64,000 nt of DNA from Balanoglossus misakiensis (taxonomy: Eukaryota; Animalia; Hemichordata). The position numbers and the translations under genes were made by a program. Positions 24,964-37,377 of the stretch are shown here, piece by piece (the first letter of the stretch is position 1; every line of letters begins with the position of its first letter). The notes beneath the pieces were generated by a model. That model ran no database searches, was not told where the DNA came from, and saw nothing but the letters and a program-made list of their open reading frames with translations. Location: contig CM082583.2 of the NCBI GenBank assembly GCA_040954595.2, forward strand, positions 1,994,925 through 2,058,924, given 5' to 3'.

Positions 24964-26303
24964 AGGTATATCAAATAATATCATTAGAATTCTGTCTGTT
25001 GTGTTAAACGTATTTACATTACAGGCACTGTAAATATACTGACAGCTGACAAGTTGCCACAAGGATTGAATTGTCTGGCAGCACACAAGCAAATGATACA
25101 CGTCTTCGGGGGGAAATGTGCAGAAGTCACAAGTAGGACTAAGGATTTTGCCTGCTTTGTAAAGATGAAGGTTACTAAAAACTGCGTTGTGACAAATGAG
25201 ATAATCCAGATCACCCAGGTAGTTATCCTTGAAATTTGTGTAAACCTTACTAAAATCAAAGTTTGGCAAGTGAAAGAGCCAATACTGAACACCCGTTGGC
25301 ACTGTTTTTCTCAGATGTCGAGCAATTGTAGTAATGTGTCTAACTTTAAGAGAATGGAAAGGAACACGTTGATCATGAGCATTAACAATAAAGAGAGACG
25401 GGTTTTTGTCCACTTTGTTATAATCTTTGTAATTACTCTGCAGAATACCATGCCACTTTTGAGGAATTGAATTGAGGATAATATGGTACTGCTTCTCAAC
25501 AGTATTGCTTGTGGGAGTGTAGGGATGGGCCAATGAAACCATGTCACGAATTGCATCAACAGGTAGGAACCCAGGAATGACCTCGTATAACAAATCTCTG
25601 ATTTCAACAATGCCAGCTGAGCTGAAAAGTTTTATGATCGGCAGAGGGCGCCCTTCAACACTTGTAATGCAGGGGTTGTGAAAAATGGGTTCATTGATAA
25701 TTTCATCGTAGGAAATTGGTTGTGCACGTGAATACCTGAAAAGATGCGACCAAGACTGAAAAAGTTCCCTGTAGAATGCAGAACACTGGCGTAAGTTGGC
25801 AGGATAAAGTAACATTTTAAAAGTGTCAACACCACAATTGAGATTGAGATACTTATTTAAGTTGTAGGTGACAAACAACTTGAATTTGTGTACATAATCT
25901 TTATCTTGTAATTTACACAACCACTTGAGACGAAGTGCTGGCACTTTGTCTTGAATATTTGTGATTTTTAGTCCCCCATCTTGAATGTCGGAAGTGATGA
26001 CATCATATTTCACCCTGTGATGACCTTTGCTCAAGAAGAAATTACAGATCATTCAAAATGTGTATGTGTTGCTGAGGCAAAGAAACAACAGATGCCCGGT
26101 ACCAAAGAGTAGACGTAACAAGGGAGTTGATAATAAGGGTTTTCCCTTTGTAGGACAAATGACCAAGATTTTAGAATTCTACAGATTTTTTGAATGCGCT
26201 GAGCCCAATTGAAATCATCTGCAACTGACTTGTCATGATTCAGCATGACACCAAGAATGACCAGGCCATCCGGTTGAAGCTTAACAGGTAAAGGGCAGTC
26301 AGT
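24964..26303 (-). mobile_element. Tx1-clade ORF2 C-terminal fragment, copy 2
   Basis: ORF 24910-26052 is near-identical to copy 1; period 1536 bp; same 5' and 3' junctions. Confidence 0.9.
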
Positions 26304-26341
26304 ACGAGAACCGGCTTATTCTACGTGGTATGGCCGTAAGC
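26304..26341 (-). pseudogene. 5S rRNA 5' fragment (nt 1-38) fused to Tx1 copy 2
   Basis: Identical to 24768-24805. Confidence 0.9.
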
Positions 26342-26498
26342 GAAGGATGCTGGAATTTATCCTGCTATAAACCCGAATGCTACACCATTGAACACGTATC
26401 CTGACTTGGCCAATTTTTGTGGGTAACCGATCGACCTTTCATAGCTTATAAGGCATGTGGGATGAAAAAAATATGGTTTGTTTTGTTCTGCAAAAAAG

Positions 26499-29342
26499 AG
26501 GTATACCAAATATTATCATTAGAATTCTATCTGTTGTGTTAAACTTATTTACATTACAGGCACTGTAAATATACTCGAAAACAAGTTGCCACAAGGATTT
26601 AATTGTCTGGCAGCACACAAGCAAATGATACACGTCTTCAGGGGGAAATGTGCAGAAGTCACAAGTAGGACTAAGGATTTTGCCTGCTTTGTAAAGACGA
26701 AGGTTACTAAAAACTGCGTTGTGACAAATGAGATAATCCAGATCACCCAGGTAGTTATCCTTGAAATTTGTGTAAACCTTACTAAAATCAAAGTTTGGCA
26801 AGTGAAAGAGCCAATACTGAACACCCGTGGACACTGTTTTTCTCAGATGTCGAGCAATTGTAGTAATGTGTCTAACTTTAAGAGAATGGAAAGGAACACG
26901 TTGATCATGAGCATTAACAATAAAGAGAGACTGGTTTTTGTCCACTTTGTTATAATCTTTGTAATTACTCTGCAGAATATCATGCCACTTTTGAGGAATT
27001 GAATTGAGGATAATATGGTACTGCTTCTCAACAGTATTGCTTGTGGGAGTGTAGGGATGGGCCAATGAAAACATGTCACGAATTGCATCAACAGGTATAT
27101 AGGAACCCATGAATACGATGCTGAAGTTAGTGTCGGTTTCGGATTCAGTTTCGGATTCGGTTTCGGATTCGGGTACGAGAGACTGAAAATAGTTAAGCAT
27201 TTTCGAGCGACCATCGCGGTTTGGCATCTGCAGTACGAGTATGAAAATAACTCTGTAAAAATATGAATATATTTGATGTTATGTATGATATTTTTGGCAC
27301 CAAAACACTGTTTTTTCACATCGGAAATTGTTAAATACGTATTTTATTATCGAAAAAACATACTTCGATGATAGAAAGAAAATATTTTGTAATTTTCGGT
27401 TTGAATAAACATCTTTTGGGTGAGAAAAATGTCATACATAATAAGTACAGATTAAATCAAATTTATTCGTGTTTTAGTAAATTAATTTTCATTCTCGTAC
27501 TGCAGATGCCAAACCGCGATGGTTGCCCGTAAATGCTAAACTACTTTCAGTCTCTCCATCACGAATCCGAAACCAAATCCGAAACTTAATCCGAAACCAA
27601 ATCCGAGTCTTACTTCAGTATCGTCCCAGGAGTGACCTCGTATAACAAATCTCTGATTTTGACAATGCCAGCTGAGCTGAAAAGTTTTATGATCGGCAGA
27701 GGGCGCCCTTCAACACTTGTAATGAAGGGGTTGTGAAAAATGGGTTCATTGATAATTTCATCGTAGGAAATTGGTTGTGCACGTGAATACCTGAAAAGAT
27801 GCGACCAAGACTGAAAAAGTTCCCTGTAGAATGTAGAACACTGGCGTAAGTTGGCAGGATAAAGTAACATTTTAAAAGTGTCAACACCACAATTGAGATT
27901 GAGATACTTATTTAAGTTGTAGGTGACAAACAACTTGAATTTGTGTACATAACCCTTTGAGGGACAATTTATGAAATGACCAAGATTTCAGAATTCTGCA
28001 GACTTTTGGAATGCGCTGAGCCCAATTGAAATCATTAGCAACTGATTTGTCATGACTCAACATGACACCAGGAATGACCATGCCATCCGGTTGAAGCAGG
28101 ACAGGTAAGGGGCAGTCAGTACGTCCTCTATTGTTTCCTATCCACATCAAAGCACTATTGTTCAAATTAACCTTTGACCCAGAAGCTTTACCGTAATCAC
28201 AAAAAACCTGATACGTTTCGCGGATAGAATGGTCATCGCTAACGGTAAGTGTGGTAACGGTGAGGAAGATACAGTACTGCCAGGAATTTGAATACCATGT
28301 ATGATGTGGTTACGCTGAATAGCGGCATTTAGAGGCCAAGCCGACAGCACGTACAACATTGCTGACAGCGGGCACCCTTGTCTGACACTTCGTTTAATTA
28401 ACACCGAGTCAGACAAAAACCCGTTAATTTTTACATTACGTATAACCTGGTTGTACAGTATCGAAATCCATTAAACAAAATTGTCACCGAACCTGAACGC
28501 CCTCTGTGTGTTAAGCAAATACTTGTGATCAACACGATCAAAGGCTTTCATCTGATCAAATTTCAGAATGGCACCTGAACAGATACTGGACTCAACATGA
28601 TGAATAAGATCTCCCATACAGAAAACATTGTCCACAATGTCACGACCTGGGACACAGCAAGTTTGATCTGGGCTGACAATGGAGGGCCTAATTCTATTGA
28701 GCCTAATGGCAAGTGTTTAAGCAAGAATGTTGTAATCACAGTTGAGGAGGGTTATAGGGCGCCAATTTTTAATGTAACGGGGGTCACTGTCTGCTTTAGG
28801 GATTAAGGTAATAAGACCAGTTTTCCACTCATCGGGGAGAATGTTATTGGAGTAAATACAGTTGAAAATGTCAAGCAAATCATCTTTGATATCTTCCCAA
28901 AAGTGAAGATAAAATTCGTACGGTAAACCATCAGCGCCTGGGCTTTGATTATGAATACATTTAGGGCAAAGGTCACCTCTTCTACCGAAGACTCTGAATC
29001 GGCGACAGCGCACTCCTCATCAGAAACAGTATTTGTGATGTAACTAAGGAAAGTATTTTGAAGTGCAAGATCACAAGGCTCAGTGTTATAAAGCTTAGAG
29101 TAAAATGCATGAGCTTCTGAAATTATATCAGTGATGTCGGTGAGAATTTCATTGTTGTCATAATTAAGGATTTGATGCATTTTTTTCCTGCTTAGACTTT
29201 TCGAGGTTAAAGAAAAACCGAGTGGATTTCTCACCCTCCTCATACCACTGAATCTTGGAACGGATTAAGGCCACCTGGGTTTCTAAGGAAATAATGTTGT
29301 CAAGGTCTTCTTGAATGATATGTGCATTAATAAGATCATAGT
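26499..29342 (-). mobile_element. Tx1-clade ORF2 fragment, copy 3 (longest, with decayed RT domain)
   Basis: SPGADGLPYEFY, KNWRPITLLNCDY and SVRQGCPLS RT motifs; frameshifts; YADD region not recognisable; internal deletion near 27953; interrupted by a MITE. Confidence 0.92.
27115..27624. mobile_element. MITE with TIRs of about 135 bp and a 9-bp TSD (Mutator-like), inserted in Tx1 copy 3
   Basis: CCCATGAAT|ACGATGCTGAAGT ... ACTTCAGTATCGT|CCCAGGAGT; Tx1 copies 1 and 2 show the empty site CCCAGGAAT; subterminal TTCGG(A/T) repeats. Confidence 0.9.
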
Positions 29343-29372
29343 CGGCTTATTCTAAGTGGTATGGCCGTAGGC
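29343..29372 (-). pseudogene. 5S rRNA 5' fragment (nt 1-30) fused to Tx1 copy 3
   Basis: Minus strand GCCTACGGCCATACCACTTAGAATAAGCCG then Tx1 sequence; about 120 bp of spacer upstream (to about 29491). Confidence 0.88.
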
Positions 29373-29904
29373 GAAAGATGCTTGAATTTCTCCTGCTATA
29401 AACCTGAATCCTACACCATTGAACACGTATCCTGACTTGGCCAATTTTAGTGGGTAACCGATTGACCTTTCATAGCTTATAAGGCAAGTGGGATGAAAAA
29501 ACACCAACAGCACTGTTTCCTCTTTTCCGGGTAGAACTAAATGTATGCCTGTCTGTTTACATTGCAATCTCTGGTGTTGTCTGAACGAAGACATGCATCA
29601 CAGGAAAACGCTCGTGCCAGCTTTCACGTCTCATGTCGTATTTAACTGACATCGCAGAGAAGCCAATGCTGCAGCTATCAGCGTGAAACTAAGACTCTGG
29701 GAGACTGGTCAAATATGGGAGGAGCCCATCCCATGACATTTGAAAACTTCCTGGTACGAGACTTGCTTGTCCATGTCGCGACTTGATCGCGATTGCAGCT
29801 ACAAGCTGCAAATTTGTGTTAGGGAATAATAACTTCCCTGTCACAAAACGAGTTCACTGCAAGGTAACACAAATAAAAGAGGAATTTCGTAATTTTACTA
29901 TTTA

Positions 29905-30164
29905 GTAAAAAATAAAAAATATGTACTTTTCCGATTACCCGACCTACCCTAATTTTACCCCACTGACCCTAAAGTTTTTAGCGTTAGTAAACTCGGAAGT
30001 AAAAATAACGATGTCAAATATACAACATTTTTATGGAAATCACGCGAGAACTATGATGTCATTCTTCTACACTACGCCGGCCAGGGAAATAAACAAACAT
30101 TGCAGAAAATCCCCTGCCTACCTACCCTATTTTTTGAAAACCATGTAATCATATATTTTTGGCC
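29905..30164. mobile_element. Small MITE, second copy of the 18273-18525 family
   Basis: Colinear similarity; right end TTTTTGGCC|TTA. Confidence 0.72.
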
Positions 30165-30373
30165 TTATTTGTAATGGGTAGGAACTCCGAACGTTACTCA
30201 TCCTGTCCGTCAAGTTTTTATACCTTGATGACTTAAGACTCACATGCAGTCGATGTGTATACAGATGATCCCTTTATATATATTGTTTATTCGGTAAATA
30301 TAGGCCACCGGCCTTCCTTACAATCGATACAGTAAACATACAGACCAACTTTAGGTCAGCTATACATTACACG

Positions 30374-33066
30374 TTACTGCACATTTATAATATCTTGTAG
30401 CAAATTTTCCCTTAGTTTGAAACTGTAAAAAATAAACTTTATAATAGTACTGGGATGTTGAGAACTAAGGATATTTATAAATTTTGCTTCTGTTGGTATG
30501 GCATGACAGTAAGAAGGAAGAAAACGTTTCCTCAAGTCCTCGTATATGGGGCAAACTAAACAAAAATGAAATTCGTTTTCTATTTGATTTGTACTACATA
30601 ACTGGCAAACTCTGTCTTCCCTTGGAATATTTTCAAATCTACCACTCTCTATACGCAAATTGTGATTTAACACTTGAAATTTACATAAAGTCCTTCTGAA
30701 TATCTCCACATTAATAACACCTAAATACTTCTCAAATACAAGATTATTTTTAAAAAGTCGAAATGTATCTAACTTCGAGGTATTGAGCAGGCTTGTTTTC
30801 CATTGTTGGAAGCCAATATCAAAAGATCTCTGTTTAAATACAGATAAAAAGAAGCATTCATCACCTACGGCTTGCATGTCCCATAAGTTTGTAGCAAACG
30901 CTTTACATTATAAGCCCAACAATTGTAGCCCTTTTCGGCCATTTCATATTGACATCTTAATATATGTGGCATTATCACTATGTAAAAGTTTCAACCAATA
31001 TTTAACAATGCGGGACAGTCTCGTAACTCGCAAAGGCACTCTACCAAGTTCCCAGAGAACAGCAGAGTTGCATGTTTTAGTGCCAACATTTAAAATAAAT
31101 TTGCAACAAAGACTATGCACAGTTTCCACATCAGAACCCTCGTGAAAGCCCCAAACTTCGCAACCATACACAAGGATTGGTAAAATTTTACAGTAGAAAA
31201 TTCTAAGTGCAATATTAACGTCTACATTCTTAAAGAGGCTGAGGTATTGTTTAATACCGTACATCACAATTTTAGCATGTTTCGCAAATTTCTCTTGGGC
31301 GCTAGACCATATACCCGAACGAGAGAATTGTAAGCCAAGATAATTAAAATAAGAGACTATTTCTACATTTTTACCATCTAAATACCATTTTTCACAGTTT
31401 TTTAGTCTCCCCTTTCCTAAATACCATGACTTTTGTCTTTATTGAATTAACTTTTAACTTCCATTTTTTGCAGTAAATACTCAGTTTATTGAGTTGCCTT
31501 TGCAACCTGTGCTTTTTCAAAATCGATAAAGGCACAGTATAACTCCATTTTATGCTTAACTAAATTCTTCCATACTGTAGTGTCTAAAATAAAAATATTA
31601 TCAGTGGTGCTACGATATTTTCGGAATTCAGCCTGTGCTTGTGAAATAGGGCAGTTAGCTTCAATAAACTCAGAAATTCGCTTGTGCATAATGTTACATA
31701 AAACCTTACTGGCAACAGGAAGTAATGTAATCCCTCTATAGTTACCAACAGAATCACGAGAACCTTTTTTGTGAAGAGGGACGATCATACCTTTTACCCA
31801 TTCTATTGGAAAATTACCTGAATTCAAAATTGCATTACAAAGTTTCAACATGTGACCGGGGGTTGATTTACCTACTTACCTGTGACAGGGGGGTTGACTT
31901 ACTTACTTACCTATGTGACCGGGGGTTGATTTACCTACTTACCTGTGACAGGGGGGATTGACTTACTTACTCACCTACATACGTTGAGGGCGCTATACAC
32001 ACATATATAGGACCGCACTTCCATACTAGGTCATTCATTATCTGACCTGTGCTCTTTCATTTTGTTACCTGTATGTGTAGGTGAGTTTACCTTTTACAAT
32101 CCACTTTAGATAGTGCTAAATATAAGCCATCCAAATATTTGAATACCTGGTATTGCTTTAGTTGATATTTATAGTTGTAGTGGCGGAATTTACTTTATTC
32201 TTCTTTAGTTATTTATACTTGTTTTTGGCATTTAAAAATGTGGTGATGTGTGCTTCATGACCGATTCAACTTAACTCATGTAACAGATTCATTATCTGAC
32301 CCGTGCTCTTTCATTTTGTTACCTGTATGTGTAGGCCTACCTGTGCTGTACTATATGTAATGTATGACTTATACGGCCGAAATAAAAAGTTGAACCACCA
32401 GAAGTGACAACCACAATTTTTCCGAGCATGGTGTATTATTTGCTGACCCTAAATGGGCAAGCTTCACAAACAGAATCTCTTTAAATTCACGACTGCTATA
32501 CTTAAAGAATTCTACAGGGATTCCATCGAACCCCGCAGCTTTACCCAGCTTTAATTTCTGGATTGACCAGTCAACTTCATCCATTGTGATCTCGTCATCC
32601 AGTATACTAGTGTTTATAGAACTGTCATCAACTGAATTACTATTAACAAAATCTTCTGAAGAAAATGAATTATTAACAAATTCGTCAACTTCTTGGTAAA
32701 AATCCGAAAAGTTATCGTCTATATTTCTTGGGGTATTAAACAGTACTCAATCCATTCCTGTGGTGAAATAGTATCCGGAGCACAGGGAGTGTAGGGTCTC
32801 AACATCGACAAGAATCGTTTAGAGTTGGTATCCTTGGCAGCTTCAGCAAAGTTCTTCTGTTTCAAGATGTCGTAGCTTTTCTTTTTTTGTCTTAACGTGT
32901 CACGATAGTTACGTTGTTTAGCGTTAAAGTCACTGTAAGAAGTTGCACTAAGCATACATTTGTGTATTTTCAAAGCTCTTTTGACTTCCGATTTCAATTT
33001 GCTACAATCTTTGTCCCACCATCCATTTTTCTTTACACAATTCTTATCGGTTTTTCTTTTTACCAT
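30374..33066 (-). mobile_element. Decayed RTEX-like non-LTR retrotransposon (RT and C-terminal CCHC), with internal deletion and insertion
   Basis: KLKLGKAAGFDGIPVEFFK; IVPLHKKG...NYRGITLL; YCAFIDFEKA; LVYGCEVWG; LRIESGRF...RVCQLC...IENEFHFCLVC. Confidence 0.85.
31851..32458. repeat. Insertion in the RTEX RT, with four units of about 31 bp and a duplicated block of about 48 bp
   Basis: TGTGAC(C/A)GGGGG(T/A)TTGA repeats at 31851-31980; TTCATTATCTGACC...GTGTAGG at about 32033 and 32288; RT coding sequence resumes on both sides. Confidence 0.7.
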
Positions 33067-33876
33067 ACACTGGAGAGATGTGTAAATTAAATTATTTTAA
33101 TTGTGTGTTATTTGATTTATAGTATTCTTCCCACCTGACCTACAGTACAGGCCTGAGGGTCGTTCATTGAATATGAGTTAACGATCGACCGACCAATACG
33201 TGTACCTTATGAGCTGTAACAGCTGTTGACTCATATGACTGTAAAACGGGAAATTTAGCGAATGAGAGCCAAAAAAACGCGATAATAAATAAAGAGTCGC
33301 CAAGGACAATGTGTACAATAGAATGTAATTCGGAGATAAACAGAACGCGAAAATAAATCGTCGCAGAATCGTCACCTCTGTTGATATCGCGAAGCTTTTC
33401 AGTCGCGAAAAATTCCCGTTTTAGAGTATGATCATTTGATGCGCTTTGAGGACTCGTGTGGTCGATGAAATATATCATTTACCGGTCCGAAATTCTCTAG
33501 ATATTCTGATTCTGTGCTATACTTCCAGTGACGGCATGCAATAAAGACCTATAACAACTAAGTGTCGCACACACCCATGGTTCTGTCTCCATTCAAGATG
33601 AAACTTGGGTTGAAGACTTTGATCAGAGAAGGGATTTTTCACAAAAAAAAGCAATAGAAGTTATTGTGTTAATTTTGTGAAAAAAGACGACAAGGTGACT
33701 ACGGCGTGTTAATGGTTATATGAGAGAACTGCCGTAGGCCAGCTCTGCAGTGTTTCTCCAACGGAGTTTAAATACAGCTAGTGCTGCAGTATTGTTTTAA
33801 AACAGATGACAGTTTTTGTTTGTAAAACTGACAGAGAAATCGCGTTCCTAATGAATAAAATCATGATCGTTCTCGT

Positions 33877-34259
33877 TCAACTTTTGTGGTATTTACACCG
33901 AGTCCTGTTCCCCCGCAGTGGCACCTGTTTGATCCCAGAATTCCTAGGACATATCCATTGCAGCTGTTTGTTGTATATCCTTCGAAGGAGCTGGTGCGCG
34001 TTGTAGCCAAGGTGGATGCATTGCTCCATTTGCCAGTTCTCTTCCCCGCGCCGCCCAATCGTGTCCCTCTGCAATCGACGAAATCTGCCCCAAGGCCCCT
34101 TCGAAATCGCCCTTGTATTCTTCCACGTGTTTCCGAAACGTACGGTTAAAGTAGTCGTACAGCTTCACGTCGTTAAACCTGGCGACCATTTCCCTCAGCG
34201 CGGGCGTCAGAGGCGCGGGCTTCTCCTTGTGCAGCTTGCAAAAGGAGTGTTACGGCACG
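33877..34259 (-). pseudogene. Orphan terminal exon resembling a galactose-3-O-sulfotransferase C-terminus
   Basis: Peptide LTPALREMVARFNDVKLYDYFNRTFRKHVEEYKGDFEGAL, then frameshifted RFRRLQ, resembles the Gal-3-O-sulfotransferase N-x-x-D-x-x-LYxxFNxTF motif; candidate acceptor GGCCAG at about 34260; GC-rich codon-like composition. Confidence 0.55.
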
Positions 34260-34811
34260 CTGGCCGTTGAGGGCAGTGAGAAAAAATAGACTTAATGAAT
34301 GGCTCGCTTTGATGAACCAACCGGCGCCCACGCAACAAACACGGTCAACAACAGTCACACCACAATGCTATTTCCTTACTTATGGAAACTTTTAATTATT
34401 AAAACTAAAGCATTGATAAATATAACCTGATTGTGCACTGAAAAAAACACAAAAATAAGTGACTACCTTAAATGTGACTAGGTGTGGAAATAAAAGACTA
34501 AAGTCCAATATTCCGTTCCGACGGCGAAGTTCAGTCCGAGTAGCGCTCTGGCAAAAATCCAGCGGTAGACAGCACGGCTTCCAGGTGCGGCTACCAGACC
34601 AGTACAACGTGAGACGGTACCAAAAGGAGCACGAGCCCGATAGGCTTGTGTCCCTAACTATTAAGTAAACACCTGGCGAACGCGAGTACAGACAGGTTAA
34701 TCAGATATACGCGTGGGAGGAGTCAATTGATTTGTCATAAAATCTACTCGACGCATTTCTAGTCGTGGTAAACCGCGTCACCAAACCCCAAAATTCATTC
34801 CTGGGCACAAT

Positions 34812-35086
34812 ATGAAGAGCCGTCGTTGCTCCGCGTTTGTCGCCCTGCTCATATTCGCCAGTGTCTTGGTGGGCACCGAGGCATTCTACGCTTTGCTGAG
34901 TAAGTCCGAAAGCCCACAAGATGACCACACTCATTACACAATGTCCCACGAAGCCTTACTGACTGTAGTGGCCAAATATCTGGAAGGCAACCCTCGGACA
35001 GGAAGTTCCGTACAGCCCGGTGATTTAGTCGGACTCGATCCGTTGACGTCGTCAAGTCTGTGTACAGCCTACTATGGGGGGGGGGG
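34812..35086 (+). CDS. VWA7: VWA7-like exon 1 (signal peptide and N-terminus)
   Basis: MKSRRCSAFVALLIFASVLVGTEA-FYALL...CTAYYG; the donor lies in a G12 run, so the exact end is uncertain. Confidence 0.85.
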
Positions 35087-35623
35087 GTGTATTCGTCTCC
35101 TTTTCTATCTCAAAACCCAGAAATTTAAATGCATTGCTGTGCACTTGATAGATAGCGAATAACTGCTAAAAAACAGCCCCTGACTTCTCAAATCCCCGTA
35201 TGCTCGCATTAGTGGATGCGTCATGGTGAATTACTTTATAATGTGTCAATATCTTATTCTCAATATGTATCTTTGTATCAAGTAAATACATTTAATATGA
35301 AATTAAGCTGGGCTTTGAAATCATGTTCAGCATTTTCGCGCACGGCGATAGTCCTGTATTCAGGCAACGGTGGGCTGAATAAACGGGTGCGGCACATTCC
35401 ACTTGTTGCTGTGAACAGCTGGGTGATTGGGGAAAGTTGTTTGCTTCAGGATAAATAAGGAAGATATGAGAGGGGGGTAAGTGCTAAAGCCGGCTTCTTG
35501 GTTTCCCATGTTACATGTTAGCATGTACGTTACATCTAGCTCCATACACATAACACAATAGTGTGACAAAAGTGTCAGAAATACATACTCACATATAAAT
35601 TAATATTCTTATTTTCTTCAAAG

Positions 35624-35743
35624 AGGGACAAGTTTCTGCCATACCCTTAGAAGAAGCTATAGAAGAAATGGTCGACGGCAATCTGAATGTCGATTTCTAT
35701 GAATCTCCAGAGGCGCATGTAAATGCAGAAAATTTCAAAAAAG
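35624..35743 (+). CDS. VWA7: VWA7-like exon 2
   Basis: aag|...|gtaaca; GQVSAIPLEEAIEEMVDGNLNVDFYESPEAHVNAENFKK. Confidence 0.85.
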
Positions 35744-36315
35744 GTAACAAGTATTTAAGCGAACAATATCCGGGAATATCCCCATAAGATTTTGTGTGTG
35801 TCTCAAAATGTGTTTCCCCTTTCTTTTATATTTTGAACACAAAATGAAGGAATGATTTCAAACAATAAACTGCTATACAAAGTGAATCTTAAAGTTCATA
35901 ACTCGAACAAGAAAGACTTAGTGATTTGCAATAAAGAAATGAAGTCGACACGGTCGTACAAACTTACATTTGTTTTTGTTTTTTCTCGAGAGAGTAGCTA
36001 TTTCATTTACACAAACTTTACCGTCATGTAAATTCTACCTGTGGTGTAAATATCATTCTCCTGATAGTTGATTCATATGGCCTTAATTTGTACTAGTAGT
36101 GATTACCATTTATTTTTATTTGAAAATGTACATTGTCTGTCATATTTTGGGGTACATCGTAAATGTTACAATATTTTTTCTAGTTTGACACAATTTACTG
36201 TAAAATACATTGTGTCAAACTAGAAAAAATATCCAATGATTAAACCAGCATAACTCTGAACTGGTGATTTCAATATTCATTAACCAATCACACTTTATTA
36301 TTGGAAAACTAACAG

Positions 36316-36489
36316 GTAACCGTCGACTTCAAAACACCCGTGACGTCATCATCCAGCTCTTGCAGGAGTCAGAGCCTGACTACTCGTCAGCCAGAAATTT
36401 GATTGGAGAATATTTGCATATAGTTCAAGATTTCTATACCAACGCAAACTGGGTGGAAATGAACGGCCCAGTTGCATACGAAGACTTGG
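36316..36489 (+). CDS. VWA7: VWA7-like exon 3
   Basis: cag|...|gtaatt; ARNLIGEYLHIVQDFYTNANWVEM. Confidence 0.9.
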
Positions 36490-36732
36490 GTAATTGATAT
36501 ACATGTATTAAAACATTCCAGAATGAAATCTTGTGGTTATATTGTATTTGGTGTTAGGCTACACGGGCAGTGGTCAGGTACCGTTGACGCTAACCATGTT
36601 CCCCTAAAGGGGCAAACGACATTTGGGTGAAAGGTTGGTCTTATTCGCTACAAAGTAGAAACAGTCCACTGACAAGTTATTTCGCCGACAAGTTGGGTAT
36701 TGATTTTTTTGGCATTTATGATTTATGCGTAG

Positions 36733-36802
36733 GATTATCGGGAGTGGACATTCTTCCAGTTACTAAGGGCAACGAATATACGTGCAACGATTGTGACGAC
36801 AG
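36733..36802 (+). CDS. VWA7: VWA7-like exon 4
   Basis: tag|...|gtatgt; GLSGVDILPVTKGNEYTCNDCDD. Confidence 0.8.
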
Positions 36803-37377
36803 GTATGTAAGAACAAAATCGCAATATAGACTGTTATTGATACGTGTTGCGTTTCTTTCCCTCTTCAATAGTAAATAATACTGTTAGAATTCGAAGGGGT
36901 AAACCCTGGTGAACAAACACAGTGTGAATACCTAGGTTGTCGACCAACAGTTAGGCTAAGCAGGTGTTCGAGGTGAAAACGCCTTCTAGAAATACGTAGG
37001 ATAGATCATGATTTATTTTGTCACGACCCAAGGAAACTAATACTGCGCCTCCAGAGCTTCTATAAATGGAAATGTCGTAAATACCACAGGGCGGCTGTTT
37101 ACACAGCTATTTCTTTGTCAGATTTATGAAATTCTTACCACTTGATGAGTCACATGAGAACTAAACAGAAGTGGAGTTTAACCCCCTCCTTGTGCTTATT
37201 CCTATTCAGTACTGTGATTTATCATCAAGGCGTTAACTTTAAGTGGAACCTTGTATGTGCATGAACAGGGCCATTACATGCGTTATGTACCACAATCCAA
37301 AATCACAACACACTTTCATTATCTGACTGTGGTCGGCCAAATAAACACGGGAGCATATCGAGCATTGGTTTGATTAA

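Noticed and set aside
23332-26052. 394-aa and 380-aa ORFs as host genes
   Set aside because: They are truncated Tx1 ORF2 C-termini with upstream frameshifts that run into 5S spacer.
26439-27227. Fusion protein with an ESETESET N-terminus
   Set aside because: The N-terminus is chance read-through of MITE subterminal repeats into Tx1.
29492-29640. Possible LINE endonuclease fragment (TFSSTRKRGNSAVGV, minus strand)
   Set aside because: Too short and weak to call by eye.
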